64,000 bases of DNA from assembly GCA_049840735.1 (NCBI GenBank), contig JASGJN010000019.1, positions 46,735 to 110,734 on the forward strand. Reading direction: 5' to 3'. A program made the position numbers and the translations under genes. How positions within the stretch are numbered: the stretch's first letter is position 1; each line of letters starts with the position of its first letter. The notes beneath the pieces are model-generated. The model searched no databases and was not told where the DNA came from. It saw only the letters and a program-made list of their open reading frames with translations. Of this stretch, positions 39,219-50,726 are shown piece after piece. The DNA comes from Anaeromyxobacter sp. (lineage in GTDB: Bacteria; Myxococcota; Myxococcia; Myxococcales; Anaeromyxobacteraceae).

Positions 39219-40691
39219 ATGACCATCGCACCGCGCCGCGCCGCGCCCGCGCTCCTCGCGCTGCTGGCCCTGACCGGCTGCCCGAAGCAAGACGCGCCGC
39301 CGCCGTCCGACGTGAGCGGCACCTACGCGGGGCAGGTCTGGTGGACCGACGGGACCGTGGCGGCTCCGGTCGCAGAGCCCGTTCCGCAGGGCAGCAGCAT
39401 GACGGCGTTCGCGGTGGTCGTCCCGAGCGGCTCGGGCTACCGGGTCGTCGATGGAGCCCTCGGCGCGGACGCCGCGTTCACGGTTCCGGACGTGCCCGCG
39501 GGGCCGGCCTACGTCTTCTCGACCTGGGAGACCGACTACTACCTCGCGCCGGACAGGATCCTCCGGAGCTTCACCTACCACCTCGACGAGGTCGCCGACC
39601 GGACGGCGCCGGTGGAGCTCGGAGGTCGCGCGCTGGGCCGGTACCACGCCACCGGCGAGTCGGTGGCGCTCGACCTCACCGGTCTCGACCCCTGGCCGGC
39701 TGCGGAGGCGGGAGCCGACGACCGGATCGCCTTCTACGCCCCTGACGCTCGCGTGGGCGAGGTGGTCGCACCATCGCCGGGCGAGGGTGCCGTCGAAGCG
39801 ACCGTGTACGTCCAGCGAGCGGGTGGCTCCGGGAGCCTGTACCTCGACTCCGCCCGCGACGTGATCCACGCCTGGCAGCTCCACCCCATGGCAGGGGGCG
39901 CCTGCCAGGCCGCGGCGCGGACCGGGCACGCCGCGGTCCCCGTGGGCGGCGGCACCGTGCCGGTCGCGCTCGACGCCCCGCCCGCCACGGCCACCGCGGC
40001 CGTGGACCTGCGCGCCTCCGAGTTCTGGGCGCTGTCGCCGTCGGCGACGCCGTGGAGGCTGGAGCTGCGCGTGCTGCCGGATCCGCTCGCCGCCGTGGAC
40101 GGCCCCCTGTCCGGTGTGCGGGCCGCGCTGCTGTGGTGCTCGACCCGGGCAGATGACCTCGACGCCGGGACCCCGTCCTTCGCCGTGCCGGACGGCGCCT
40201 GGGGCCTCGAGCGCGAGGTCGTCGCCACCGGGGACGTCCAGCTGGATGTCGATCCCATGGGGCCTGTGTTCCCTGGCCCGTGGGGCGGGACGCTCTTCTA
40301 CCAGCGCGAGCCGGCCTCCACCCCGGGCCCGATCCGGCCGCTGATCGGGCCGCCGCGCGACCTGCGGATCAACGGGAAGCCGCTCGACTTCACCGCCCAC
40401 GCCGGCGTGGGCGAGACCCCGCTCCTCACCTGGGATCCGCCCGCGGTGGGCACGCCCACGAGCTACCTCGTGCGCCTCGACTTCGGGTACTTCACGGCGC
40501 GCACCGTCCGGCCCGAGCTCAGGCTCCCGCCCGGCGTCCTGCAGCTCGCCACGGATGACCCCACCGGCGGGCAGGGCAACTGGGTCGAGGTGACCGCCGT
40601 GTACGACGCGGACGCCACGCCCACCGCACCGTATCGCGAGGGCCGCACCCACGCCGAGGCCACCGCGCTCGGCTCCAGCTTCACGCGCTGA
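39219..40691 (+). CDS. Uncharacterised beta-rich lipoprotein
   Basis: Lipobox LTGC; C-terminal FnIII-like TPLLTWDPP..GTPTSYLV...LRLPPGVL. Confidence 0.65.
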   Translation: MTIAPRRAAPALLALLALTGCPKQDAPPPSDVSGTYAGQVWWTDGTVAAPVAEPVPQGSSMTAFAVVVPSGSGYRVVDGALGADAAFTVPDVPAGPAYVFSTWETDYYLAPDRILRSFTYHLDEVADRTAPVELGGRALGRYHATGESVALDLTGLDPWPAAEAGADDRIAFYAPDARVGEVVAPSPGEGAVEATVYVQRAGGSGSLYLDSARDVIHAWQLHPMAGGACQAAARTGHAAVPVGGGTVPVALDAPPATATAAVDLRASEFWALSPSATPWRLELRVLPDPLAAVDGPLSGVRAALLWCSTRADDLDAGTPSFAVPDGAWGLEREVVATGDVQLDVDPMGPVFPGPWGGTLFYQREPASTPGPIRPLIGPPRDLRINGKPLDFTAHAGVGETPLLTWDPPAVGTPTSYLVRLDFGYFTARTVRPELRLPPGVLQLATDDPTGGQGNWVEVTAVYDADATPTAPYREGRTHAEATALGSSFTR

Positions 40692-40700
40692 GCCCGGCCC

Positions 40701-41435
40701 TCAGGTCAGCGCCTCGCCCATCGTCCGCAGCTGCACCTCGATGATGCGCGCGCCGCTCGACTGCGTGCAGGCCAGCACCACCGCGGCGGCCACGTCCTCC
40801 GGCTCCAGCATGCCGGAGGCGCGGACGCCCTCCTCGGTGCGGCCGGTGCCCAGCGCGAACTCGGTCTTCACGCCGCCCGGGCAGATGCAGCCCACCTTGA
40901 TGCCCTGCGGGCGCAGCTCCTTGTCGAGCGCCTGGGCGAAGCCCACCTGCGCGAACTTGGTGGCGCAGTAGACCGCCTCGCCGGCGAAGCCGTACTTCCC
41001 GGCCATGGAGGAGATCATGAGGATGGTGCCGGACCTCTGCTGCTGCATCACCGGCACGGCGTGGCGGGTGAAGAGGAACGTGCTGCGCACGTTGGTGTCG
41101 ACCAGCTGGTCGTACTCGTCGGCGCTGGTGTCGACCAGGTTCTTGTAGATCCCCATCCCCACGTTGTTGACGAGGATGTCGAGCCGGCCGAACCGCTCCA
41201 CCGCGGTGGCCACGCACTTGACCGCCGTGGCCTCCTGGCTGGCGTCGCCCACCACCAGCGCCGCCCGGCCGCCGGCCTGCTCGATCTGGCGCGCCAGCGC
41301 GTCGAGCCGGTCCTGCCGCCGCGCGGTGAGGAGGACGCTGGCCCCCTCGCGCCCGAGCGCGAGCGCCGAGGCCCAGCCGATGCCGGCGCTGGCGCCGGTG
41401 ACGAGGACGGACTTCCCCTGCAGGCGTGACGTCAT
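40701..41435 (-). CDS. SDR family oxidoreductase
   Basis: TGASAGIG, LVNNVG, YCATK. Confidence 0.92.
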   Translation of the reverse strand: MTSRLQGKSVLVTGASAGIGWASALALGREGASVLLTARRQDRLDALARQIEQAGGRAALVVGDASQEATAVKCVATAVERFGRLDILVNNVGMGIYKNLVDTSADEYDQLVDTNVRSTFLFTRHAVPVMQQQRSGTILMISSMAGKYGFAGEAVYCATKFAQVGFAQALDKELRPQGIKVGCICPGGVKTEFALGTGRTEEGVRASGMLEPEDVAAAVVLACTQSSGARIIEVQLRTMGEALT

Positions 41436-41463
41436 GTGCTCCTCCGTGGGCCGCCGGCCCGGT

Positions 41464-42258
41464 TCACTGGATGGTCCAGCCGCCGTCGATCATCAGCGTG
41501 GCGCCGGTGATGAGCGAGGCGGCGGGCGAGGCCAGGAAGACCACCGGCCAGGCCACCTCCGCCGGATCGCCCACCCGGCCGAGCGGGATGCGCTTCTTCA
41601 CCGAGGCCAGGAAGGCGCGGTCGCCGAGCCACTTGCGCGTGCCCGGCGTCTTCACGAACGTGGGCGCGACCGCGTTGACGGTGATGCCGTGCCTGGCCCA
41701 CTCCAGCGCCAGGCAGCGCGTCAGGTGCGCGATGCCGGCCTTGGTCATGCAGTAGATCGACTCGGTGGGCAGGGCCACCGCCCCGGCCTGCGAGCCGATG
41801 TTGACGATCCGGCCGCCGCCGCGGGCGATCATCACCTTGCCCACCTCCTGGCAGGTGAAGAAGGTGCCCTTGAGGTTCACCGCCAGCGTGGCGTCGAAGT
41901 CCTGCTCGGTCACCTGCTCGGCCGGCGCGGGCGCGCCGATCCCGGCGTTGTTGACCAGCACGTCGATGCGCCCGAACCGCTTCACCGCCTGCTTCACGGC
42001 GGCGGTGATCTCGCGCCGGCGCGAGACGTCCATCTGCACCGGGAGCACCTGGCGCCCCAGCTTCTCGATGCGCCGGGCCAGCGCCCCGCCGCTCTTCACG
42101 TCGCGCAGCCCCAGCACCAGGTCCGCGCCGGCCTCGGCCAGCGCCAGCGCGCAGGCCTCGCCGATGCCGCGCCCAGCGGCGGTCACCAGCGCCACCTGGC
42201 CGTCGAGGCCGAAGTGGGAGGAGCGGGGGGAGGGCGGTGCGGTCCTTCGGCCGGGCAT
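41464..42258 (-). CDS. SDR family oxidoreductase
   Basis: TAAGRGIG, LVNNAG, YCMTK, IDGGW. Confidence 0.92.
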   Translation of the reverse strand: MPGRRTAPPSPRSSHFGLDGQVALVTAAGRGIGEACALALAEAGADLVLGLRDVKSGGALARRIEKLGRQVLPVQMDVSRRREITAAVKQAVKRFGRIDVLVNNAGIGAPAPAEQVTEQDFDATLAVNLKGTFFTCQEVGKVMIARGGGRIVNIGSQAGAVALPTESIYCMTKAGIAHLTRCLALEWARHGITVNAVAPTFVKTPGTRKWLGDRAFLASVKKRIPLGRVGDPAEVAWPVVFLASPAASLITGATLMIDGGWTIQ

Positions 42259-42417
42259 GGTCACCTCGGGCGGGAGCGGGTCCGCGCTCCGGCATACACC
42301 CACGCCGCCCGGTGGGCGACAAGTTCGGTGCCGGCTGGCACCGGCCTCCCCTGGAGGGTGAGCGGGCGGGCCCGCGCCGCCTCGCCGGCGCACGGCGGGC
42401 ACGCTACAAGAGCGGGC

Positions 42418-45028
42418 ATGCTCGCCGCCCTCGTCGCCGTCGCGCTGGCCGCTGCCCCGCCCGCAGCGCCCACGCTCCACCTCCCCGCCGGCGTCACGCC
42501 GCTGCGGGGCCAGCTGGACCTGGTGATCGATCCGGCCAGCCCGCGCCACGGCGGCGAGGCCCGCTACGCGGTGAAGCTGGACGCGCCCGCGGCGGTGCTC
42601 TGGCTCCACGCCGAGGAGGAGCTGGAGATCGGGCGCGCGTCGGTGGCCGGGGTGCAGGCGCGGGTGATCCGCGCCAGGGGCGGGTTCCTCGGCCTGGCCC
42701 TGCCCAGGCCGGCGCCGGCCGGCGAGGTGGAGGTCCGGATCGCCTTCACCGGCAGCGTAGACCGCGTGCGCAGCCGCGGGCTCTACGCCGTCGAGGAGCG
42801 CGGGGCCTGGTACGCCTACACCTTCTTCGAGCCGGTGGACGCGCGCCGCGCCTTCCCGTGCTTCGACGAGCCCTGGGCCAAGATCCCCTGGCGCCTCTCC
42901 ATCCGCGTCCCGGCCGGCCAGCGGGCGCTGGCCAACGCGCCGGTGGCCTCGGAGGCGCCGGAGGCGAGCGGGGTGCGGGTCACCTTCGCCGAGACCAGGC
43001 CGCTCCCCAGCTACCTGGTGGCCTACGTGGCCGGACCGTTCGAGCTGGTGCCCGGCGGCGCCGGCGGCGCGGCCCACGTGCCGGTCCGGTTCATCGTGCC
43101 CCGCGGCCGCGGGCCGGAGACGGCGTACGCGGCCCAGGTCACCGGCCGGATGATCGACCTGCTCGAGCAGGCCACCGGCGTGCCCTATCCCTACGAGAAG
43201 TGCGACGTGGCGGTGGTCCCGCGGTTCTGGGGGACCATGGAGCACCCCGGCCTCGTGGCGCTGGGCCAGCCGCTCACGTTCGATCCGCCCGGAGGACGAC
43301 GGGCGCGAGCGGCGGGAGCGCTACGCCAACATCGCCATCCACGAGCTGGCCCACCACTGGTTCGGCGACCTGGTCACCATGGCCTGGTGGGACGACACCT
43401 GGCTCAACGAGTCGTTCGGCTCCTGGGTGGACGCCCCGGTCACCGAGGCGCTCGACCCGGGCTGGCGGCACCTGGCGGAGGCGCAGGCCGACCGGCGCGC
43501 CGCGGCGCTCCAGGCCGACGCGCAGCGCTCGGTGAAGCGCATCCGCGAGCCGGTCGCCTCGGCGCACGACATCGAGGGCTCCTTCGACAACGCCATCACC
43601 TACGACAAGGGCGCCTCGGTGCTGGCCATGATCGAGGCCTTCGTCGGCCGCGAGCGGTTCCGTGCGGCGGTGACGCGCCACCTGCAGGCCAGGGCCCACG
43701 CCGCCGCCACGGCCGAGGACCTCTACGCGGCCTTCGGCGCCGAGCTGGGGCCGGAGGTGGCCGCCGCGCTGCGCGCCTTCGTGGAGCAGCCGGGCGCGCC
43801 GCTGGTCCGGGTGGAGGCGCGCTGCCAGGGCGCGCCGGCGGCGCACGTCACGCAGGCGCGGTTCCTGGCGGACGGCGGCGCGGGGCCGGGGCGCTGGCGG
43901 CTGCCGCTGTGCCTGAAGCTGGGCGCCCAGGGGCGGCCGGACGCGACGGTGTGCGGCTGGGCGGACGGCGCGGAGGTCGAGCTGCCCCTGCCGTTCTGTC
44001 CGGAGTGGCTCTGGCCCAACGCCGGCGGCACCGGCTACTGGCTCTCGGCGCTGCCGGCGGAGGGCCTGGCCGACCTGTCCGGCCGGCTCACCGCGCAGGA
44101 GCAGCTCGCGCTCGCCACCGACGCGCGGCTCCTGGCCCGCCGCGGCGACCTGCCGGTGGACGGGACGCTGGCGCTGGGGCTCAGGCTGGCGGCTTCGGAG
44201 GACCGGCTGGTGCTGCGCGCCGGGCGCCGGCTGCTGGGGCTGGTCGACCGTGGCGGCCTGTCGCCGGACGACCGGGCGCGGCTGCGGCAGCTCCACCTGA
44301 CGGTCTTCGGCCCGCGGGCGCGCGCGGCCGGGTGGCTGCCCAGCCCCGGCGAGAGCGACGAGCAGCAGGCGCTGCGCCGCGAGCTCGTGGAGGCTGCCGC
44401 CGGGAACGGCGAGGACCCGGCGCTGGAGGCCGAGGCGCGCCGGCTGGCGGAGCGGTGGCTGGCCGATCGGCGCGCGGTGCCGGCGGACGTGGCGCCGGTG
44501 GCGCTGGGCGTGGCGGCGCGGCGCGGCGACGCCGCCCTGTTCGACGCGCTGCTGGACGGCGCCGCGCGCGCCCGCGACGGCCACGATCGCACCACCCTGC
44601 TCCGGGGGCTGGGCGCGTTCCGGGCCCCGGCGCTGGTCCGGCGCGCGCAGGCGCTGCTCGTCCCGGCGCCTGGCGCGGCGCCGGCGTTCGACCTGCGCGA
44701 CACGCTCCCCATCCTCCACCAGCAGCTGGCCGAGCCCGAGACGCAGGCGCTGGCCTGGGGCTTCCTCACCACGCACTGGAAGGCGCTCTCCTCGCGGCTG
44801 CGCGGCGACGAGGGGCAGTGGCTGGTGGTCTCCGCCGCCCGCCTGGCCTGCGACGCCTCGCAGCGCCGGGCGGTGGCCGGCTTCCTGACCCCGCGTGCGG
44901 CCCGCTTCGACGGCGCGCCGCGCGCGCTGGCGGTGGCGCTGGAGGAGGCCGACGCCTGCGCCGCCGCGCGTCGCAGGAACGGGCCGGCGGTGTCGGCCTT
45001 CCTGGCGCGGGAGGCGGGAGGGAAATGA
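42418..45028 (+). CDS. Exported M1 family aminopeptidase with ERAP1-like C-terminus (frameshift near 43280)
   Basis: FEPVDARRAFPCFDEP, GTMEH, HELAH.WFGDLVT..WW...WLNE, YDKG. Confidence 0.92.
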
Positions 45029-45029
45029 A

Positions 45030-45058
45030 ACAGGGAGGCGGACCGGCCGCCTCCCTGT
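45030..45058 (-). terminator. Terminator hairpin between convergent genes
   Basis: acagggaggcgg-accgg-ccgcctccctgt, with a short T-run on the minus strand. Confidence 0.6.
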
Positions 45059-45083
45059 CGCTGCAGTCAGTCCCGAGGCGTGG

Positions 45084-47348
45084 TCACGGCGACGACAGCC
45101 CGTACCCCGCCGGATAGGCGTACGCGCCGTTCTCGGTGAAGGCGATGGTCTCCGCGGTGCCCCAGCCCCAGACCGTGATGTTGAACGGCGCGGTGCTGTA
45201 GGCCTCGTGCGGGCCGGCGCCGCAGCTGCCGACGGCCTGGAAGTCGCCGGTCAGCAGATCGACGCGGGTCCACTCGTGGTCCGTGCCCAGGGCCGTCCAG
45301 CCGGAGAGCGCGCCCGCGCAGTCCAGCTCGACGTCGGCGAACTGCCCGTCGCCGCCGCGGCTCCGCACCACCACGAGGTTGGCCTCGGGGAAGTTGGGGT
45401 CGATCTGGAAGCGCACGTCGCGCAGGTACTGGCGGGTGGGCGCGACCAGCGCCAGGGCCGGGTCGCCGGAGCCGGGGGCGCCGGTGGCCAGGGCGCCGCT
45501 CATGGCCTGCAGCAGGATGAAGGCGTGGTCCTGGTCCTGGCTCTGCACCACGAACGGGGTGGCGCTGGAGAAGGTGGCGTGCTGGCCAGCGTGGATGGAG
45601 GTGGGGGCGCCGGCGGGGGCCGACGGGGTGTAGGTGAGCGTGGTGTTGTTGGCCGTGGCGGTGAGGAAGTAGTACGCCCTGTCGTTGTCCGCGCGCGGCC
45701 GGTACATCGCGGCGGCGTAGGTGCTGCCCAGCGCCTGCACGCGCGGGATGGCCACCTCGAGGTGCTGGCAGTAGCTGGTCGCGGAGGGGATCTGCGCGCA
45801 GGGCGACCCGGCCAGCAGCGAGACCGGCTGATCCGAGGTGATCACCGAGCCGGAGAGGTCGCCGGTGGAGCTGAGCTGCAGGAGCTGGCCGGCGCTGAGC
45901 GTCACGGCCAGCGTGGCGCCGGCCGCGGTGGCGGGCACGGTCCCGCCGGCCGCGATGGCGGCGGTGGGCACGACCTGCACGTGCGTGGCGTCGGTGCCGG
46001 CCACGATGTCCAGCGCGCCGTTGGAGACGGTCTTCGGGCCGGCGGTGGCGGCCATGTGGTTGGTGCCCCAGGCGTGCGCCGGCAGGAGGATGGTGGCGCC
46101 GGTGATGGAGCCGCCCAGGATCCAGGGCGCGGTCTGGTAGGCCGCCACGGGCGCGTCGGTCCGGATCCGGAAGGCGCGGCCGACGCCGGAGCCGGCCACC
46201 TGCGCGCCGGTGGGCTTGGTGGTGACGATGCCGGCGGGGCAGGCGCTGGCGCCGGAGGCGTCGTTCCCGGCCAGGAAGACCACCGCCGCCTGGCCGGGGG
46301 CCAGCCCGCTGGAGGGATCGTAGCTGGCGAGCGTCATGCCGGTGCCGACGCCGGCGGGGACGCGGGTGAAGGGGGCGGCGTCGACGACGGCGCCGGCCTG
46401 GTCGGTGACGGTGAGGTGCACCGGTGCGGACCAGGTGTTCACCACGGTCACGCCCAGGCAGGCGTTGGCGAGGTAGGTCTCCATGGCCACCGGGGAGAAG
46501 TCGCAGCCCACGCTGGTGTTGGCGGCGGCGGCGGCGTCGCAGCCGGCCTCGCAGGTGACGGTGGCGGGGGAGCAGGCGTCGCCGGAGCTGCAGGCCTCGA
46601 CCACCTCGGTGCCGCCGCAGCCGACCGTGGCGCGGCCGTCGGCGCTGCAGGAGAGCGGGCAGATGCCGGCGGAGGCGGTGCCGGTGGCCTGCCGCGGCCC
46701 GGCGGTGCCGGTGACGCTCAGCTCGACGGTGCCGGAGTGGCCGGCCAGGAAGGAGACGGAGGCGGTGTCCTGCCCGGCGGTGATGACGCCGCCGGTGATG
46801 GTCCACGCGTAGGAGACGCCGGTCTGCGGCGGCACCGAGGCGGTGTAGGCCAGGGTGGGGCTGACGGCGTCGGGCATGGTGATCACGGGCGTCACGGGCA
46901 CGATGTCGGCGCAGGAGGCGGTGCCGTCGTCGCAGCGCTGGCCGGCGTCGCAGGTGTCGATCACCGCGCCGCCGCAGCCGGCCACGGCCAGGTGATCGGC
47001 GCTGCAGGCGAGGGCGCAGACGCTGGCGGAGGCGGAGCCAGTGGCGGTCTTGCCGCCGAGGGTGACGGCGCAGCTCGCGGTGACGCTGCTGCCGGTGCCC
47101 GCGGTGAAGACCACGCTGGTGGTGCCCTGGCCGGCCGTGATGGTGCCGCCGGTCATGGACCAGGCGTAGGTGGCGTTGCCCTGCGCGGCCACGGAGGCGG
47201 TGTACCCACCCACGGTGGCGGACACCTGCGCCGGCAGGGTGACGACCGGCGTGCTGGGGCCGGTGGTGGGCGGGGGCGGCTTGGCGCAGGCGGCGAGGGC
47301 GAGCGCCGCGAGGGCGGCAAGGACGCGCTGGAGGCGAAGGGCGTGCAT
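45084..47348 (-). CDS. Lipoprotein with two PKD-like modules and an IgGFc-binding-protein-like domain
   Basis: Lipobox LAAC, two Y.W..TGG.ITAGQ.T.SV.F repeats, SVGCDF, AFRIRTDAPVAAYQ, ATILLP..AWG..., YAYPAG. Confidence 0.75.
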   Translation of the reverse strand: MHALRLQRVLAALAALALAACAKPPPPTTGPSTPVVTLPAQVSATVGGYTASVAAQGNATYAWSMTGGTITAGQGTTSVVFTAGTGSSVTASCAVTLGGKTATGSASASVCALACSADHLAVAGCGGAVIDTCDAGQRCDDGTASCADIVPVTPVITMPDAVSPTLAYTASVPPQTGVSYAWTITGGVITAGQDTASVSFLAGHSGTVELSVTGTAGPRQATGTASAGICPLSCSADGRATVGCGGTEVVEACSSGDACSPATVTCEAGCDAAAAANTSVGCDFSPVAMETYLANACLGVTVVNTWSAPVHLTVTDQAGAVVDAAPFTRVPAGVGTGMTLASYDPSSGLAPGQAAVVFLAGNDASGASACPAGIVTTKPTGAQVAGSGVGRAFRIRTDAPVAAYQTAPWILGGSITGATILLPAHAWGTNHMAATAGPKTVSNGALDIVAGTDATHVQVVPTAAIAAGGTVPATAAGATLAVTLSAGQLLQLSSTGDLSGSVITSDQPVSLLAGSPCAQIPSATSYCQHLEVAIPRVQALGSTYAAAMYRPRADNDRAYYFLTATANNTTLTYTPSAPAGAPTSIHAGQHATFSSATPFVVQSQDQDHAFILLQAMSGALATGAPGSGDPALALVAPTRQYLRDVRFQIDPNFPEANLVVVRSRGGDGQFADVELDCAGALSGWTALGTDHEWTRVDLLTGDFQAVGSCGAGPHEAYSTAPFNITVWGWGTAETIAFTENGAYAYPAGYGLSSP

Positions 47349-47594
47349 GGAGAGGCTCCTGGCCTTTCTTTTTACGCTTCGTGCTGGGACTGTTCGTCCA
47401 CTGTCACGCTCCGTTGCAGGTCCGTCAAGGCGCCATGCGCGGTGCACGCGCATGCGCGGGCGCGGAGGTGGGCATACTGGCGGTGCGGCACCCACACGCC
47501 GCCGCCATCGCGCGCTGCGGCATGGGGCGGAGGGCGACGGCGCGACAAATCGCCCAGCGGGCGCTTGCTTCACGAATAGTGCGTTGTCGCGTTC

Positions 47595-47682
47595 CCGTTC
47601 GCCCTGAGCGTAGGGCCTGCGTCAACAGGCCCGGAGTCGAAGGGCTGGGGGCCGCCGGGGAGCGGCGGCGGAGTCGAAGGCC
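47595..47682 (-). repeat. REP-like element (47595-47644) plus a partial copy
   Basis: ccgttcgccctgagcgta-gggcctg cgtcaa caggccc-ggagtcgaaggg; a second ggagtcgaaggcc ends at 47682. Confidence 0.8.
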
Positions 47683-47713
47683 AGGAGTCCTGGCGGCCTC
47701 GCTCCGCTACGCC

Positions 47714-50573
47714 CTACACGTTCGGCACCGGCGAGGTCTCGCCGATGGGCCGGATCAGCACCTGGCGCGGCTTCACGCCGTTGGCGGGGCCGACGATCCC
47801 CTCGCGCTCCATGCGCTCGATGATCTTGGCGGCCTTGTTGTAGCCGAGCCGCATCTCGCGCTGGAGCTTGGAGACCGAGACCTCCTCCATCCGCGAGACC
47901 AGGTCGATGGCCTGGTCGTAGACCGGATCGTCCTCGTCGTCCCCGCCGCCGCGGTCGCCGTTGCCCTCGCGCGCCTTGAGGATCGACTCGTCGTAGACCG
48001 GGCGCCCCTGCTCCTTCAGGTAGGCGACCACGCGGTGCAGCTCCTCCTCCGAGACGAAGGCGCCCTGCACGCGGGTGATGGGCTGGGTGGCGGTCAGGAT
48101 CAGCATGTCGCCGTCGCCCAGCAGCGTCTCGGCCCCGGGGCCGTTGATGATGGTCTGCGAGTCGTGGCGCGAGGCCAGGCGGAAGGAGATGCGGGCCGGG
48201 AAGTTGTTCTTGATCATGCCCGTCACCACGTCGGTGGACGGGCGCTGCGTGGCCACGATCAGGTGGATGCCGGTGGCGCGGGCCTTCTGGGCCAGGCGGG
48301 CCAGCGAGATCTCCACCTCGCGCGGCGCGGTCATCATGAGGTCGGCCAGCTCGTCGATGACCACCACGATGTAGGGCAGCTTCTGCGGCAGCTTCTTCTC
48401 GTCGCGCGCCGCCACCGGGTCGGCGGGCGGCGGGGCGGTGGGGTCCTCGAACTCGGGCGAGGGGGCCAGCTCGGCCTTGCGCGCGGTCTCCTCGGGGTAG
48501 AGGTCGAACCGCTTCGGCTCGAGCGAGCGCCACCCGCCGTCGGCGGGCGCCTCGGCGCCGGTGCCCTCGGCCTCGGCGGCCGCCTCGGCCGCGGCCCGGG
48601 CGGCGGCCTCCTCCTCGCTCTCACCGGCGGTGACGTCCACCACCACCAGCTTCTTGTGCGGGAGGGCGTCCTTCTCCTCCAGGCCATGCCCCTCGGCGCG
48701 AGCCTTCTCGACCTTGCCGTTGTAGCTCTTGAGGTCCTTGGAGCCGGTGTCGGCCAGGACCTGCGTGCGCCGCTCCATCTCGTCCACGGCCCACTGCAGG
48801 GCGCGGGCGGCCTTCTGCGGATCCGTCACCACCGGCAGCAGCAGGTGCGGGATGTCCTCGTAGGCCGACAGCTCGGTCATCTTCGGGTCCACCATGATCA
48901 TCCGGACCTCGGCCGGCGTCTGCCGGTAGAGCATCGAGAGGATCATGGTGTTGAGGCCGACCGACTTGCCCGAGCCGGTGGTGCCGGCGATGAGCAGGTG
49001 AGGCATCTTCTGGAGGTCGACGCAGTAGGGGATGCCCTCGATGTTCTTGCCCAGGCCCAGCGGCAGGAACCCGCCGGCGCCGGCGAAGGACTCGGACTCC
49101 AGGATGTCGCGCAGCCAGACGGTGGCGCGGTCCTTGTTCGGCACCTCGATGCCCACCACGCCCTTGCCCGGGATCGGCGCGATGATGCGGATCCGCGTGG
49201 CGCTGAGCGCCATGGTGAGCTCCTTGTCGAGGTTCTCGATCCGGGCCAGCTTCACGCCGGCCACCGGGGAGAACTCGTAGAGCGTCACCACCGGTCCGGG
49301 CCGGATGGACTTGATCACGCCGTCCACGCCGTGCTGCTTGAGCGTGGCCACGATGATTCTCGGCGGTCCGGGTCAGCGCCTTCTCGTCGAGGTCCTTGGC
49401 CTTCTCGTCGTGCGCGTCCAGCAGGTCGGTCAGCGGCAGCTTGAAGACGTCGCCCGCCTTCTGGAAGGCGAAGCTGGGCGCCTCCTTCTTCTTGTCCTTG
49501 TCCTTCTTGCGGGCCCGCTCCAGCATGGCCTGCGAGACGATGATCTCCGGCTTGCCGGTGGGCAGCGGCAGCGGTGGGGCGGCCGGCTCCTCCGGCGCGG
49601 CCACGGCCGGCACCTCGGTGACCGGGGTCTCCCGGCCCTTGCGCCTGCGGCGCGGCGGCGCCTCCGCCTCCGCCTCCGCCTCGGCGGGCACCTCGGCGTC
49701 GCCCGACGCGTCCGCCGGGGCCAGCGCGTCGGCCCAGGCCGGATCGTCGAAGGTGGTCCGGCGCGCCTGCTCCAGCGCCAGCGCCGACACCACCGCCCGC
49801 GCCTCGTCGCGATCGCCGTCGCCCTCGGCCTCGATCTCGGCGGTGGAGGCCAGCCGCTCCGCCTCGATCCGCGCCCGCTCGGCCTCCTCTGCGCGCAGGT
49901 CGGCCACCGCCACGCGGTGGTCGTGGACGGCGTCGCGCAGCCCGGCCCAGGCGTAGGCCGCCAGCGCGCCCAGGCCGCGGGCCACCGCCGCGGCCACGTC
50001 CTGCACCCTCAGGTCGACGGCGATGATCAGCGCGATGGTGGACACCGCGGCCAGCACGATGGCGCTGCCCCAGGTCGAGAGCGGCGCCACCAGCAGCCCC
50101 GCGAGGCCGCGGCCCACCGCGCCGCCGGGCGGGAAGGGCAGGGCGGTGCGGCCGGCCAGCGCCAGGTGGGCCAGCGCGCCGAAGGAGAGGGTCAGGACGG
50201 TGTAGGCCGAGGAGGAGAGGACGGTCAGCCGCGGCGGCGCGCCCCGCAGCAGCTTCCAGCCGGCGGTGCCCAGGCCGAACGGCAGCACCGCCGCGGCGAG
50301 CCCCAGCACCGAGAGCAGGTGGGTGGCGAGCCAGTCGCCGGCCGGGCCGATCAGGTTCTGGCGCGGCAGCCCGGGCGCGAGCCGCGCGTCGAGCGAGGAC
50401 CAGGTGGCCAGGGCCAGGCCGCTGGCCACGGCCAGCGCCATCAGGATCACGCCGCCGATGTCGCGGGCCATCCCGGTGCGCGGGGGCCTGGCCTTGCCGG
50501 GGCGCTCCGACCGGTCCGGCTTCTTGCTGCGGCCCTTCTGCGGGACCCGACGGTTGGCTTTCGGCTTCGGCAT
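47714..50573 (-). CDS. ftsK: DNA translocase FtsK (frameshift near 49355)
   Basis: N-terminal TM domain, GPVVTLYE, PHLLIAGTTGSGKS, IDELADLM, ATQRPS, gamma domain LQREMRLGYNKAA. Confidence 0.95.
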
Positions 50574-50726
50574 GGCGGCGCAGGACCCCCGGGGATGGAC
50601 TGGGCGCTGGCGCGGACGAGGGCCTGCCCGCCCGAGAATATCGGCGGCTATCGATGGGTCAATTTTTCGGCGGCCGGGCGGTCCCTCGTCTAGAATCCGG
50701 ACTTCACGGCCATTTCGAAGGGTCGC

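Noticed and set aside
41164..45117. Very long Arg/Gly/Ala-rich ORFs (for example 41164..45117, 3718..5955, 13467..16151, 44895..47579)
   Set aside because: They are shadow or antisense frames of real genes in high-GC DNA, or partly real frames extended by indels.
49340..49370. Programmed frameshift or true split of ftsK
   Set aside because: There is no slippery heptamer, and similar single-base indels occur throughout the window.
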